Below are positions 1 through 15,129 of a DNA stretch of 64,000 nt, piece after piece. The first letter of the stretch is position 1, and each line of letters starts with the position of its first letter. Source of the DNA: the human T2T-CHM13v2.0 reference genome, Homo sapiens. A program made the position numbers and the translations under genes. The notes under the pieces were generated by a model. That model was not told where the DNA came from. It saw nothing but the letters and a program-made list of their open reading frames with translations, and made no database searches. The DNA lies in NCBI RefSeq assembly GCF_009914755.1, contig NC_060937.1. One strand, 5' to 3'.

Positions 1-539
1 AGCCTATACGCTTGGAAATAAAAGGGTACAGAAGTACCAAATTTAAACTGGGAATTCCAATGGTTGAGCATTAGGTTGTAAAAGCTCCTCAGACTTCAGG
101 TAGATTCCTTCTAAGATCCGCAGCTTCCCATCAGCCCCTGAACGCTAGATGTGGGTGGCCCAGATGCTGTAAAAATCTCCTGACAGAAGTGTGACCACCG
201 CATTAAGAGCATAGACAATTCAACTAAAGAGTAAATACCTTTTGCTGGATAAATATCATATTACAGAACATAATTGCATAACTCAACCCTTCTGCCACAA
301 GTAAGCTGAAGAAAGGAGAGTCATGGGGGAAAAGGTCACGTGATATATGCCAACACCCTGAAAAGCATTTCAGGGTGTCAAAAGCAGCCACGAGACAGGT
401 TTGGCTTTCGTGTTTTCAAGTATAGTTCATGTGCTTCTAATTTTTCATTTTCTGTTATTGGTTTATGCTTCCAAAAGCCACATTTCAGCTGTATGCAAAC
501 TATAATGCCAACAGCAGGAATGTAAAACAGAAAGTCTGG

Positions 540-800
540 AAATTACCCCTGAATCATCTTCCCTTCGTTCCTCTCCCTGGGTGTTAGTGACCTCCTGCCT
601 AATAATCCTGCTTCCCTCCAGCATTCACCTACCCTAAACCCTTTTCTGTCCTGCTGTCAGAATCTCATTCTGAAAGAACAACACTAATCCTACTCCTGCC
701 CTAACTGCTGCTCAAAAACCCTTAGTGGTTCCCAAGTGCCTACCAAATGGAGTGGACATTCACAGCCCTCCACAAAACAGCCCCAACTGATGTTTTCCAT
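540..800 (+). mobile_element. Degraded L2 LINE fragment
   Basis: Pyrimidine-rich L2-like motifs (ctcaaaaacccttagtggttccc, ttcacagccctccac); boundaries approximate. Confidence 0.45.
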
Positions 801-1194
801 CTCACAACCACCACCACTCCTCGACAAACACCAACTTTTTGACTTATTTTTTGACTTATTTTTGTGGCTGTATCACTATTTTTTCCAGTAAAATCCTACC
901 CATAGTCCAAATAATTCAAAGCAGATAAAAATGGTTCCCTATTAGAATGTTATTTCATATATTCAAATTTATATCATTTTATTTTCATAAAGAAAATATC
1001 AGTCCTTTTTACTTGTACCATGTATATATCCCATGGGACCAAATATGCCATATTCCTCTAGACCTTTAAAATAAACATGGTGTCTTCTATGAGTTAAAGT
1101 TTGAATCAATCAAAATAGATGAGATATAGTCATCCTTAATAGAGACAGAATGTTTTCTAGACTAGTAAAATACAATATAATTGTAACCCTATAA

Positions 1195-1485
1195 TGCTGT
1201 CATTCCAACTTATGTTTAGAAGAACACTAGGATTCCACAAAACATTACTAAGTGTTCCAAAGAAAGAGATTCATGGCCAAATTATATTGGACCACATTGC
1301 ATGCTGTATCCTCCCACTGGAAGATTAGGGTATTCATTTCCCACTAGAGGCTCTGAAGAAACTAGTTAAAGTTATATGACCCGTTATTTTTCAAACATAC
1401 TGTCTTCAAATCATCTCCCACACCTTTTTTGGAAGAATTCCCATTAATATATGTTTTCTGAAAAGCACTTTGGAAAATACTGCTA
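1195..1485. mobile_element. Old hAT-Charlie-type DNA transposon fossil
   Basis: Terminal-like motifs ttccaac...gaacactag and cactttggaaaatactg; resembles elements at ~56860-57140 and ~58680-58960. Confidence 0.4.
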
Positions 1486-1689
1486 TCACCAACTTTACAC
1501 TAACCAGTCCCATTTTAAGCCATAGACATTTCTCAAGCACAGACTTAAATAAAGGAAACAAGAGAATACATTGCAACCTTGGACTCTAGACTGCTCTAAA
1601 ACTAGTCATTTGTATCTCCAATATTTGATTCCAGAAGATAGTTAAAACATGTGGGTGGCCCAAGTCCTTACCCATATCTGGGTATGTGG

Positions 1690-2035
1690 GTATATTTGTT
1701 AGGACACAATCTAAGCTGCTGAAACAAAGAATACCCCCAATATACAGGGGCTTAAATGAGACAATAGTTTATTTCTCTCTCAAGGAATATTCCAGGGTGG
1801 TAGGATGGCTCAGCTATCTTCAACATGTGGCTTCCCTCTTGAATCCAAGATGGCAGCTCCTGTTTCTACCATCACATGCATGTCTGAATAGAGAAAAGGA
1901 AACAGCAAAGGAACTCACACCTTTCTTCTAAAGGTATGGCCGGGAAGTGCCCCACATCGCTTTCACCCAAACCTCATTGACCAGAACTTGGTTAGCTACT
2001 ACACTTAGCTGCAAAGGAGGCTGATATAAACTCCC
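1690..2035 (-). mobile_element. MLT1J/K-like MaLR LTR
   Basis: gctatcttcaacatgtggcttcc, ctcattgaccagaac, agctgcaaaggaggctg are typical old MLT1 motifs. Confidence 0.6.
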
Positions 2036-3337
2036 TAGCTTGGATGCTGATGGAAAACCACTCATCTCTGCTACCACATCTCTGGCAAACATATAACCAA
2101 GTGAAATGGAAGGGAGTCCTCCCCACCACTGGAGTCCATGCCAAGAACAGAGGTCTTCTAGTGTGCTTTCAGAAGGACTCATCTACCCTATTTCTATGGC
2201 AGATTGGAAGACACGTGGTCTTCCATATTTCCATGTCTGAAGCAAGACAATAATGCTACAGATACTTACCAACTCCTTTGCCACCATACACAACATTCCA
2301 CACATTTCTAATTCCCAGCTGTCAAGTTGCCAGTGAAGAACCCGTATTTGAATGGTGGGTGGGGGGTGACAGTCATAGTAATTTTAGGGTAGAACATTGG
2401 GTTGTACATGTGATTGGCTCACATCCTCAGTATAAAATACATATGTACTCTTGTTGTTGCCATCCTAGTTAGGAACGTTCAGAAATATCAAAAACAGACT
2501 GCTTTCCTGGCATAAGTTCTGTAGAAAGAAAAATTAGATCTATAACACCAAAGAAATGATGTTTTTCAATGATGACAAGTAAAAAACAAGAGATAAGTTT
2601 TTTACCATGAAACTAACCTTGAGGCAATTTGGCAGTATTTGGAACTACATATATAAATTTACTTTTTTGTTTTTTAGGAGCCTACAGCAAAAATGGAACT
2701 TGATCCTGTTCCAATAGCAAACATTTCTTTTTATGTTCTTTAGGCAAAGGAAATTGAAGCTTTCTTGTTAATCCTCCTGCCCTCACCCAAGATAGATTAA
2801 ATAAAATATGTAAGCCATTTTGCATAGTACCTAGCAATGGCAGTTTTCAAAATGCAGTGGTGTTAAGCATCCCATATATGATTGTGTGGTACACTAACAA
2901 CGGAAACTAGAAGAAGGCAATTACTGGGCTTCATATATAGGTCAAATTTAAATCTTCCCTATTACAAAATAGCTGTGTAAGTGTTAATATTCCCAAATCT
3001 CAAAATATATTGTAAGTGAAAAGTCAAGATCCAAAATGTGTAAATAGCACATTGCTACTTATTAAGGAGAGATGGGAAAGGAAGGTGGAAATTATTAAAT
3101 GCTTATAAATGCATTGCACACTTTTTGAGTGATACTCAAGAAAATGGCTAAGAGTGGTGGAGACCTGGGGAGGTGGGGGAAAATGTAGTAACAGAGATGC
3201 TTTTACTATATACCCTTTTATGCCTTTATAATTGTGGACCATATCTATGCATTACCAATTTACATAAATTGAAATTAATAATTATAAGCATTTTCTTCTC
3301 ATTGCCACCTGTGCAACCATCACCCTCTCACTACCCA

Positions 3338-3762
3338 TTTTATTTTCCTAGGGCTTCTATAACAAAGTACCATAAACTGGGTGTTTTAAAACAACAAAAA
3401 TTTGTTCCCTCACTGCTTTGGAGGCTAGAAGTCTGAAATCAGGATGTTGGCAGGGCCATGCTCTCAGCCAAGCCTCTAGAGGATGATCTTTCCTTTCCTT
3501 GACTAGCTTCTCACACCCCCGGGCCTTTCTTGATTTGTAGCAGCATAACTGCAATCTCTACTTCTGTTTTCATGCAGCATTTTCTCTGCGTATCTCTGTC
3601 CAAATTTCCTTCTTCTTATAAGGACATCCATCATATATTGGAGAAGGGCCCACCCTAATGACTTTATCTTAACTTGATTACATCTAAACAAGGTCAAATT
3701 CACAGGTACCTGAAGGTAGGACTTTAACATGTTTTTGTGAGAGGCAATTCAACCTATAACAC
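3338..3762 (-). mobile_element. MLT1B/C-like MaLR solo LTR
   Basis: cctagggcttctataacaaagtaccataaactgggtg...ggaggctagaagtctgaaatc...caattcaacctataaca. Confidence 0.8.
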
Positions 3763-4789
3763 TAACATAACCCACATCATCACACACAACATTTTATAGA
3801 ACTTGTTTCTCTGTCTCCTCTTTTTGCTCCAAGCTCAACACAGCAGAGTGGCTGGGTGATCCCAATGATCACTTATCTTATTCCAAATTTCATTAAGGAA
3901 TAACTATTACATTATTAAGTACAACAATTTTAAAGATTAATGGCTGGCATTGTAAAAAAAATTAAAATGCATTTTTTGGTGGAAGAAACTTAGATAAAAA
4001 TTCAAAAGAACAGAAAGTGGCTATTTTTGTAGGAAATCAAGGTCATCACATATCACCAAACAGGAATTTCAGGCACTGATCCAGGATGTTCTATGAATTC
4101 AGGGACAGTGTACACATTCTGCTTTACTAGCTATCATTTTTTACCTGGTTGAAGTTGACCTACATAGACATGTGTGCTATTACATTTTATAGCTAAATTA
4201 AAGCAAATAAGAAATTAACTTGAAGATTTGTTAGAGACAAAACCATCATTCTTCTGCTGTGATTTTACCTCTTCTTTTGAGAGTCATAATCACCTGTTCC
4301 TAGTTATTATAGTGAATAAACAATCAAGCTCAGGACATAAATGAGCATGGGGTCTGGCAGAGACCATTAGCATTCTAAATAAATAACTCAAGCAAGGAGA
4401 GATCAGAATAAATGTAATCAACCACTCATGAAGCCTATTTGATTACCTGCTTCAGCTTTCTATTTGACACTACATAGGAAAGGAAAAATGAGACACACTA
4501 ACCTCACCCCATTCAACTTATACATTCAATGTGTTTTCATTATCTAGTTGGTAAAATATCTGTTTGCCAGGTCACAGCTCCAAGTTCACAAGCAGCAAGT
4601 AGTAAGCTTTCAGTATCAAAATATTTTTCCTATAGAGCAAGTTCTAAAATTTTAAAGAAATGTACATTGCAAGGCACCACTCTTTGACATTCAAACACTC
4701 TTATTCAATTTAATTACACATCAAGTGATTGCTATGAAGGTAGGGGAAAAAGAATGCAGAGAAGGAGGAGTCATACCACTTGCTTTTGA

Positions 4790-5210
4790 TGGCCACGGAG
4801 TTGTACCACTCAGATCTCCCTTCGAGAGGGGAGCAGTTAACAGAGTGGGCATCAGTTGCTACATCTCCAGGCTCTCTGCACTCCTACCAAAGCCGTGCCT
4901 CTTCCAAGATGCTCCCAGCCAATGACTGAGCACTGTGAGGTCACTAGATTCAGCCTTCCTGCCCAACTCATGGCTCTCCTAACGCGCAGCTCCTGCCCAG
5001 GGACTCCTGGTGGCCTGGCTGAGATCTTTTCAGAACCACACTGAAGTCTGGAGCTCTTCCTGCCCAACTTTCTTCTTTCCTTCTCTCCTTCCACAGGTCT
5101 CAGACTATTGTCCAGTCCAGCAGCTCTCCCTATCTTTTCCGATCCTTCCCCCTTTATCTTTCATCAGTATTTCCCTCTCCTCACCCAAATGTCTTGCACA
5201 TCTAACCAGC
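4790..5210 (+). mobile_element. LTR16C-like ERVL LTR
   Basis: gctcccagccaatgactgagcac and gcctggctgagatcttttcagaaccacactgaagtctggagctcttcctgcccaa match recalled LTR16C motifs. Confidence 0.6.
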
Positions 5211-6039
5211 AGAATGCAATTAAAATTCTACTTGAACTAGTTTAATAGTGAATCAGTCAGTAATTAATCCAGTTCTGATTTACCTCTTGTCTACTTAAGA
5301 CCTCAAGGGCAAATAATAGGTAGTTTCCTTTTAAGCAGTCATTTTTCCTAAAGCAATGAAGCATGATTTGTTATTTTTCAACTCCTGACCCTTAGCTGTC
5401 TCCTCTCTGTACCTATTCTAATACATCCATATCCAAAAGAAGCTCAGACATTTCCCTGAGGTATTACGAAGCTGTTGAGAACGTTCCCTCCATGGGGCCT
5501 GTTCCTCTGCCCCTGTCATTTTGATTAACTGTCTTCCTACTGATGGCAACCCTTCAAGCCTTGTGGGAATTTTTAAAGTTCATTCATGGTTCTCTGTTTG
5601 CAGTGTCTTCCTGCCTTTCACTCTAGCGCTCCTCTTGCAAAGGCCTTAAACACATTCCTGCCTGAGAATAATGGAACCGGTTGGGCTACTGGCAGCTCTA
5701 AGTTCACAGTCCTCGGCACGCACACCACACAAGTCCACGTGGCTTTATGGATGATGCATCAAAACCTAGACCTTGGGTATAAAACACAAGTTTATGAACC
5801 AAGGAAATAATAGGTATAAAGCAAAAGAGGAAACTTAGACTAACACAACAAAAGTCCATTTTAGAAGGTCACAGGTCCCAGCATGTGTCTGCCTCTGGCA
5901 GATTTATCCTTACAGCTCCGGAATATTTCATGCCAGGGAAGTAGACTACAACCATCCACACTAGGAAATTTCAGGGCTTTAAAACTGCATTCAAATTTTT
6001 TAATGGTGATAATTACCTAAATGTACTTGTTAACTTACA

Positions 6040-6160
6040 GCGTGGGGTTTTCTATTTAAGTCTCAATAATTACAAGTCCTTCAGATTTCTTTCATGTCTC
6101 ATTATCAAGCTTTACCATCTTTAATCATTTTGTTGCTTTTTGCTGATATTCCTCTACTTA
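6040..6160 (-). mobile_element. Possible CR1/L3 LINE fragment
   Basis: agtccttcagatttctttcat...ctttaatcattttgttgctttt resembles the antisense CR1 ORF2 3' region. Confidence 0.35.
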
Positions 6161-6415
6161 AAAGGAAAGAAATGCAACAAAAACAAAACCCTCAACAATC
6201 ACAGAACCCAAACAAAGCACAATTATCAGGAAAATAGGCCTACCCCCATTCTGCTAAGCCGCTACAAAATTTCATGGAGTAAGAATATACTTCAGGCACA
6301 GAACCACTAAGAAAGCAATGGAGAGTCAAGATCAGGTTACCACACAGTCTAGAGGGCACCCTGGAACAAAAAAGGGAGCAAGAAATCAACGTCAGGTGGC
6401 TAGTTCAACTTCTAG

Positions 6416-6790
<375 letters not shown>

Positions 6791-6849
6791 TGACTAAGCT
6801 AATGGTCAAATTTAGTGTCACTAATAGTGACACAAATCTTCAGATCTGA

Positions 6850-7340
6850 TGCAGATTTTAGGATCCCTTTGCACGATTTCTTGCCAACCATGTTTAACCT
6901 GAATTCAATTGAGATCTAACTTCCAGTTTAAGTAAATCCGGGTCAGAGAGCAACATACTAGATGACACCACTCAAAAGCAATCAAATATATTTCAGACAT
7001 ATTCTATGGGACAAATGGCATGGCCTTTTCAGGAGTCAGTGTCATGACGAAAGGTACATATCTTGATTAAAGGAGACTTTGGTGACACAGACACCAAATG
7101 CAAGGAATAATCCTGAATTAGATCCTGACTTGGAGAAACCAGTTGTAAATAATATTTTGGAGGCAATTGAAATTTTTATATGACTTGATATCAAATTTCA
7201 TTAAGGAAAAACTATTACTTTATTAAGTATAACGATTTCAATTTGGTTATACAGCAACATTATTTTTGAGATATTCAATAAAGAAATTAGAAGTAAAATG
7301 TAAGGATACCTGCAATTTACACTAAAATATCTTAATATAA
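6850..7340 (+). mobile_element. Old L1M 3' end fragment
   Basis: gattaaaggagact...accaaatgcaa...cctgaattagatcctga and cctgcaatttac are L1MC/ME 3'UTR motifs. Confidence 0.6.
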
Positions 7341-7379
7341 AATGTGATTTATTCATCTACCATGGAGTTATTCATCTAC

Positions 7380-7581
7380 TCCAGATGGCAAACTTTTTAG
7401 GGTAAGAGTAAATATTTTAGGCTTCGCGGGCCATATGGATTCCATTGCAATTACTCAACTTTACCATTGTGGCATGAAAGCAACCATAGACAATACAGAA
7501 ATGAATGTGCATGGCTGTGTTTCAGTAATGCTTTATTTATAAACACAGAGGGACTCACAGGCCATAGTTTTCCCACCCCTA
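7380..7581 (+). mobile_element. MER58A hAT DNA transposon
   Basis: ggcaaacttttt...gtaaatattttaggcttcgcgggccatatg...ggccatagttttcccacccct. Confidence 0.8.
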
Positions 7582-9849
7582 ATCGGCCCTTTCAATTAAA
7601 AAATAGAAGCTGGGCTTATGACAAATACAGTCCTTGGCCCCAGTTAACAGCATGGCATTACCTTAGCCTTTTAGTTCTTTTTCTTTTGCATTTCGAAAAG
7701 CAGGAACATATGGTTTCATATTATCTGCCAAGTGTTTTCTTGCACAGCTAGTCTTTTCTCTATCATGTGACTTGCAGATTTTATTTTAAAAAAAAAAAGC
7801 AACATGCTTATAAAATGAAATAACCATATGAGCAGGAAATGGAACTCTTCAAAGCCTCTTTCATCCAATGAACCAAATCACCAGTGATCTCTGGTCCTGG
7901 AGCTGATTAGTACTTGAACAGCTTTTGACGATAAGTGGACGATTGGGCCCTTCACCTCATTTTACCACTGCAACCCAGCTCATTCTTTCAAGTCCTCTGG
8001 ATACTGGCTATTCAGCAAATCAGTATTTTCCTGAACAATATGCTGCACATGCACGTGACTGGGAGAATAAACACAGGTGCCACTGGGGAAAATGAACTCA
8101 ATTAATCAGCGTAAGGCATAGGTGAGGTCAGTATCTCTTACCAAGCAGGTGCAGATTCAATTAAAATGTGTGTTTGTCTGTCTGGATGCTCATAAATGAG
8201 CAATCCTTTAAGAATGATTTCCACAAACCCAGACTGCTCTTCAAGATGACATTAGAAATAGAGAAGTCAGTATTAAATATTTAGAGGATTAATTAAGTTG
8301 CCCCTTTGGTTCAGACTGCCTATTAAAAGTTTACCTATAATAGAAAGCTTTCATCAATTCAGTTTTGTGCTCTGCCATTAAAACTGCATGTAATACACTT
8401 TTATAGAATATGGCATATCATGAAACCCAAACAGACTTAGTTCTTAAAAGAGTTTCACACGGATGATAAGTAAAAACTGAGAGAAAATTCATGTTATATA
8501 GATTCTCTGTTAATAAAAAGAAAGCTAAATCATGATTCAGATTTTTTAAAAACCCACAGTGTTAAGATAGCCTATAAATTCTTTGGAACTGAAGGGTAAG
8601 GGTGGAGGGGTGAAACTCCTGCCAAGTTTCAAGGTCATAAAAGCAGTTGAAATAGAATATAAAGCTATATAAAGAGCCACAATTTTCATGATAATATATT
8701 TTATGGTTCAAACTAGGCAGTAAAGTAGGATACTCACGAAAAAATACCATATTAGAGTCTTCTAATTATTTATGTATTAGTTAGGAGTCTTAATTTAAAT
8801 TGACCAGAAATGATATAAGAAAAAATTGCTAATTTTAAGTCTTGTTAGAAAGTTGTTTACAGAAACATTATGTATTTTTACCTGCTTTTAAGAATCTTAT
8901 CCACCTCGGGACACAATATGTATATTACTAGATATACTACTGTATTTCTACAGTAATTTGTGCCATGAAATGTATGCTAATTTGACAAGAGAAGGGGAAA
9001 TTTATCTCTCCTCTAACATAGCAGAAAGGATTTTCTGATGGAATATTAGGAATATCTGTAATCTGCTTACCATAACAAGTATTTAACCCACTGTGTAAGT
9101 TTTGGGGGGCTAACAATTAATATTATAATTATAAAATAGTCTTATGCTTCTGTAAAATAGGCTTCCATTGGACAATACTTCCCTAAGAGTTGAAACAACT
9201 ATTTTAGTGAGAAAATAATAGAAACACACTCCTTTCAAAGTATTTTAAGTTGCCAAACCTCTGTTTAGCTAAATTGGGAATACCTCTTTCTTTATTAACT
9301 TGGATAAAGAACAGTTTACCAAAGAGCAAAAACAAATGCATTTAGAAACATTTTTTCTCTCAAACATTTAGAACACGTTAACAGAGAGAAAACTATAAAA
9401 TGTACATTTCAGTGTTGAAGAGAAGTTTAAAATGAAACAAGAATAGTTAATACTTAACAAGTACACTGTCACCAAGAAACAATTATACTAGACATATACT
9501 TTCTATACAAGAGAAGTAAGCCTGACAAGATTAGTAAAGGTTTATTTCTCCAGAAATGTAGCCAGTGTTTTGTTAATGATAACCATCAGAGTACACAGCA
9601 TGGGAACATAAGCCACCTCTGGGAAGCCCAGTATTGCTCCTGAAAACATCCTCCATCTCTCCACTCCAGCTGGGCCACTACTGAGTAAATGGATCTCATG
9701 GACACCCCAAAGGAGAAGAGCTTGGTTTGGGTTGCTTTAAAGACATAGTTTGAACACCAATGAAGTCCATTTTTCCATGTTTGCTCTTTATGAAAAAATT
9801 CAGGCAAAAAAATAAGCAAAACTCAATTCTGCAGACATACTGCCCCATC

Positions 9850-10260
9850 CTAGTGTTCAAAGCTCTCCACAGGCCCTCCCCTAGCTGTGCGACATTATGT
9901 CATTGATGATGCAGCCAGGCACCCTCCATAACCTGGTGCAGGGATTGTTCTTGCCATTAGCCTTCACTCCCTACCTGCAGGCCTCATCCTCTAACTCTGC
10001 TTCTGTAAATCTTATTATCCTTCAGGACCCAACTAAAGTCCAGTGCACAGACTTTACTAATTACTCCAGCTCATGAGGATTGTCTCTATTCACTCTCACT
10101 GACCTTAAACACACATCTGTTGGAGTATTTAGCCCTTTCTTTTTCTATGTGTCTATTCCATCTCTGAGCTATGATATGCTACAGAGCAGGGATCACCGTA
10201 TTTATTTTTGTGTCTGATCCAATGCCTAGAACATTGCCTGACACGTAGCAGAATCTCATT
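9850..10260 (+). mobile_element. L2 3' fragment
   Basis: cttattatccttcaggacccaact...gagcagggatcaccgt...aatgcctagaacattgcctgacacgtagcag. Confidence 0.6.
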
Positions 10261-10280
10261 TAAAATGCATGGGACAGGTT

Positions 10281-10803
<523 letters not shown>

Positions 10804-11314
10804 TTACCCAAACTAATAAACGTTGGAAATGTGGCCACACGCTCACTGTTGTTTCAGGTAGCACAATGCCAGCTTCACCATTTAGTAATAATGAAATATT
10901 CAAGTTACAATGACAATATAAGCACAGATGCACACACAGACACACACACCATAGAATGTCTTTCCCATTTGGCTCATCGCTCCACTGTGCCTCTTCTGCA
11001 CCTGCCACCAGCCCAGACCATCTAAGAAGGCTCCAGCCCTGACTTTGTAAGACTGTTTAACAAGCCACTCCACTGTCAGGATGCCAAACCTCTGGGAGAA
11101 TCTTTTTGCCATTGTGGGAATCCACCCTGCCTGAGTAAGCTGAAATCCCCAATTCTCTGCAACCCCCAACATGATTTAATCAACTTTCTCTTCAGTTCCT
11201 TGTCCTCTGGCACTTGGTTCAATTCAGAGTTCAACAAATACTTGTCGAGCCCGTTATGTGCTAAGTCGCATGGGTCATAATGATGAACAGGACGTGTCTC
11301 CAAGTTTTTGTGTG

Positions 11315-11715
11315 TATGTGGCAAAATATACGTAACATAAAATTTACCATTTAAACCATTTTAAGTATAAATTTTAGTGGCATTAAGTATGTCCACGATG
11401 GTGTACAACCATCACCACTATCCATTTCCAGAACTTTTTCATCTTCCCAAATGGAAACTCTGTACCAGTTAAACATGAACTCCAAGTTCCCCTCTTCCTC
11501 CAGCCCCTGGTAAGCACCATTCTCCTTTCTGTCTCTATGAATTTACCTATTCTAGGGACCCCATATAAATGAAACCATATGATATTTGTCCTTCAGTGTC
11601 TGGTTTATTTCATTTAATGTTTTCAAGGTGCATCCATGTTGAAGCACTTATCAGAATTTTATTTCTTTTTAAGGCTGAAAAATATTCCACTGTATGTATA
11701 TATCACATTTTCCTT
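11315..11715 (-). mobile_element. L1MB-like 3' end
   Basis: aacataaaatttaccatttaaacc...tttccagaactttttcatc...ctgtctctatgaatttacctattctag. Confidence 0.8.
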
Positions 11716-13430
11716 AGCCATTCACTCTTTCCTATTTTGGAGGAATTTACTGTCTAGCAAAGGAAAGCATGCCAGTTCTTGCCCACTAGTTTGCAGACCT
11801 TAGTCCAGAATCTGTTTTCTCAAACCTAGAACCTTCCACCAACATTCTTTGTGTTTGGTTTTTGCAGGGAACACATGTGACTCTCCAACTTTTTATCCCA
11901 CCATCTGTCATGGTGCTGGCACATAATAAGCACCCAATTAACAGCCGTTTATTAGTGCATGAAGGACGTTCCCTGGGGTTTTCTGAGAAGTATCTTTCTG
12001 AAGTTTCTTTTACTTCGTCATAGTCCTTACTTTTGACCTGCCATTCATTTTCCCTGCATAAGACTAATGGATCTGGCCCCCCGCAGACAAAAATTTTTAC
12101 CAAACTCCTCAGCTCAGAGAAAAGAGTATCTACAAGAAATTATAAGTACAAATAGTGCTGGATTGGGAGTCAAGAGATGTGAATTTCAGTCCCAGCTTTA
12201 CTATGACATAACTATGCCAAGTCACAAGCTCCTCAGGTCTCAGGAATCTACGACTGTAGCCTAAAATAAAGGTGTTAACTGGTCCTGTTCAGTTATAAAA
12301 TTGCATAATGCCAATTTGTGTAAAGCAGACAAAGCAGTATCTTGATGACATGTCTCAGACACATCTGGAAAATGTCCAAAAAGATTCCTAAAAAGTCTTG
12401 CGATTATGAAAACAGTTTACCTACAGCTTCTTTAGCAATTCTGCTGTGTCCTTTCTTTTATATTTCGACTAGTTGGAAAACTATCATAGACTTTTATTTC
12501 AATGGGCAAGAGAGGTATAATTTCCAGTTGGAACTAGGCTATTTAGCTATTATCATTGAAGAGTAGAAGAAAATGAAGGAAAATAATATTCATTTTGTCT
12601 AAAAACTTAAAGAATGGAATGAAGATATTACCTCTCTTTTGGCAAAAAGAGGGGGAAATTGATAACAAGTACAATTTGAAAGAAAATTGTCTGGGCTCGT
12701 TCACTGAGGAAGAATTTGTTTTGCAGTCATCTTTGGCTAGTACATTTTGCCGCTATATAATTTTTTGCAGTTCTAGAAACTTCTCTGAATTCATGAGCAG
12801 GAAATTAGCTCATTTGACACCTTTCTAGCTCGTACAATGCTATTTCAGCTATTTGCAGGCAACAGATATGAACTGAGAATATCTGAAAGTGGGGAACAAA
12901 AATCAAAAGGCTAATGAATAGAAGATAGCCTCCCAATGATACAGAACTACCACTTGTCTTCACTAAGCTCTCCCTTAACCCAAGGAGCTCCAAGTGGCAA
13001 TCCTGAGAGTACACTTGTTCTCCTCAGTAGGTGATGACAACGAGATAATCATTGCCAACAAAAGTAATGCAACTTAAATGAACAGAAACCCTCTCAGACT
13101 ACATTGAATGGGAATGATTCTTTCCTTATAAAGTAAGAAACATTAATAATTCACATGCGAAGGACAAAGAAACCTACAAGAATCTGGTAAAAGTAGACAT
13201 ACTAAAATAGAACTATCAATGGGAAAAGTCCTAAGGAATGAACTGGATGGCAAAAACTGTTACAGTACAAAAAGTTTCAAGTATTCTTTCATGGCTAATT
13301 TTGCATTGTTCATTGAATTAATTATATAAAGGTTATTTAATAAATAACACCAAACTTACTACAAATAGGCAAACATCCAACTTAATTTTCAAACCAAGAT
13401 TACTAAAAAGGAATAAAAAGTGACCAAGGG

Positions 13431-13763
<333 letters not shown>

Positions 13764-14031
13764 CTAACAGAACAAGTGCAGAGGGAAGGAATCCTAGTTG
13801 GTATTGGCTCTCTCACCACCTCCCTCCAGCCATACCATATTGTGTCCATTCCTAAAATGCATCACTTTTACACCCTTGAATGCTGTCCACCACACAGACA
13901 GTAAGTGGCTCTGAAGCCACTGAAGGCAATCACAGATAAATAAGAACCCACTTACTAGCTCTGGGATCTTGGGCAAATTACTAACCTCTCTCAGTTTCAT
14001 CACCTTGACAACGGAAATAATAATAGTAGTA

Positions 14032-14525
14032 CAGTCATCCCTCCCCATCCATGGGGGATTGGTTACAGGATCCTTGCAGATACCAAAATCTGGGGATGTT
14101 GAAGTCCTTGATATGAAATGGCATACTATTTGAATATACCCTACATACATCCTCTTGTATACTTTAAATCATATCTACATTACTTATAATATGTAATATA
14201 ATGTAAATGCTACCTAAATAGTTATTATACTGTATTTTAAAAATTTGTAGTATTTTTAGGCTGGGCAAGGTGGCTCACACCTGTAATCCCAACACTTTGG
14301 AAGGCTGAGACAGGAAGATCACTTGAGGCCAGGAGTTTGAGATCTGCCCTATCAACATAGTGAGGCTGCTTCTCTGCAAACAAACAAATGAATTAATTAA
14401 ATTAAAACTGTATTATTTTTATTGTTGTATTGTTATATTTTATTGTTTTTCTTTTCCCTAATATTTTCTATCCAAGATTGTTTGAATCCACAGATGTGGA
14501 ACCTATGGATATGAAGGGGCAACTC
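14032..14525. mobile_element. MER2 (Tigger-type) DNA transposon
   Basis: TIR-like ends cagtcatccctccccatccatggggg and cctatggatatgaaggggcaactc, each next to a TA dinucleotide. Confidence 0.8.
14259..14400 (+). mobile_element. FLAM/AluJ left monomer nested in MER2
   Basis: ggctgggcaaggtggctcacacctgtaatccc...cacttgaggccaggagtttgag, single arm. Confidence 0.85.
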
Positions 14526-14724
14526 TATCTCTTTTGTAAAGTTTGGCAAGCTTTAAATAAAATTGCATATTGTAAAATGATTAGAGAATGCCTAGCCCAT
14601 GGTAAGCCCCCAATAAATAATAGCTATTAGACTATGAAATCTCATGATGAGATTAGATATAAGAAATTTGGGGCCAGATGACCTAGCTAGTAATACACAC
14701 CTAACTCACGCCATAGACCGACCC

Positions 14725-15070
14725 TTAATCTAAATGTTGCTTAAAATGTGGCCTATGTTCTCATCAGCATTACAAACCACTTCTGATCCTTTATAAAAAT
14801 GTAGATTCCTGGGCAATGCCTACAAATTGGAACTCAATTAGTTTTAGGGCATGAGAATCTACTTTCTTAAATAAACACTCTAGCAGATTCCGATAGACAT
14901 TTTAATTTGAGAACCAATAATCCAGTTGTTCTCAAGTTTTGGTATCTGCATCACTTGAGATCTTGTTAGAAATGCAAATTCTTGGGTCCACCTGACCTAG
15001 TGAATCAGAAACTTTAGGATAAACCAGCCATCTGGGTTTTACAACCCTCCAGCTGGGTTTTACAACTGCA
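14725..15070. mobile_element. Two adjacent MER5-type hAT fossils
   Basis: aaatgtagattcctggg...tttgagaacca followed by cagttgttctcaag...gttagaaatgcaaattcttggg. Confidence 0.7.
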
Positions 15071-15129
15071 CTAATCTGTACCTTCCCATTCAGATACAGC
15101 CAGAGACCCAGACACGAGAGCCAGCAATC

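Larger units (their letters stand above)
13935..14630. mobile_element. MIR split by MER2
   Basis: ccacttactagctctgggatcttgggcaaattactaacctctc on the left and gcatattgtaaaatgattagagaatgcctagc on the right of MER2. Confidence 0.6.

Noticed and set aside
2040-2480. Possible ERVL or MaLR internal fragment next to the MLT1 LTR
   Set aside because: The resemblance is too weak to assign without an HMM search.
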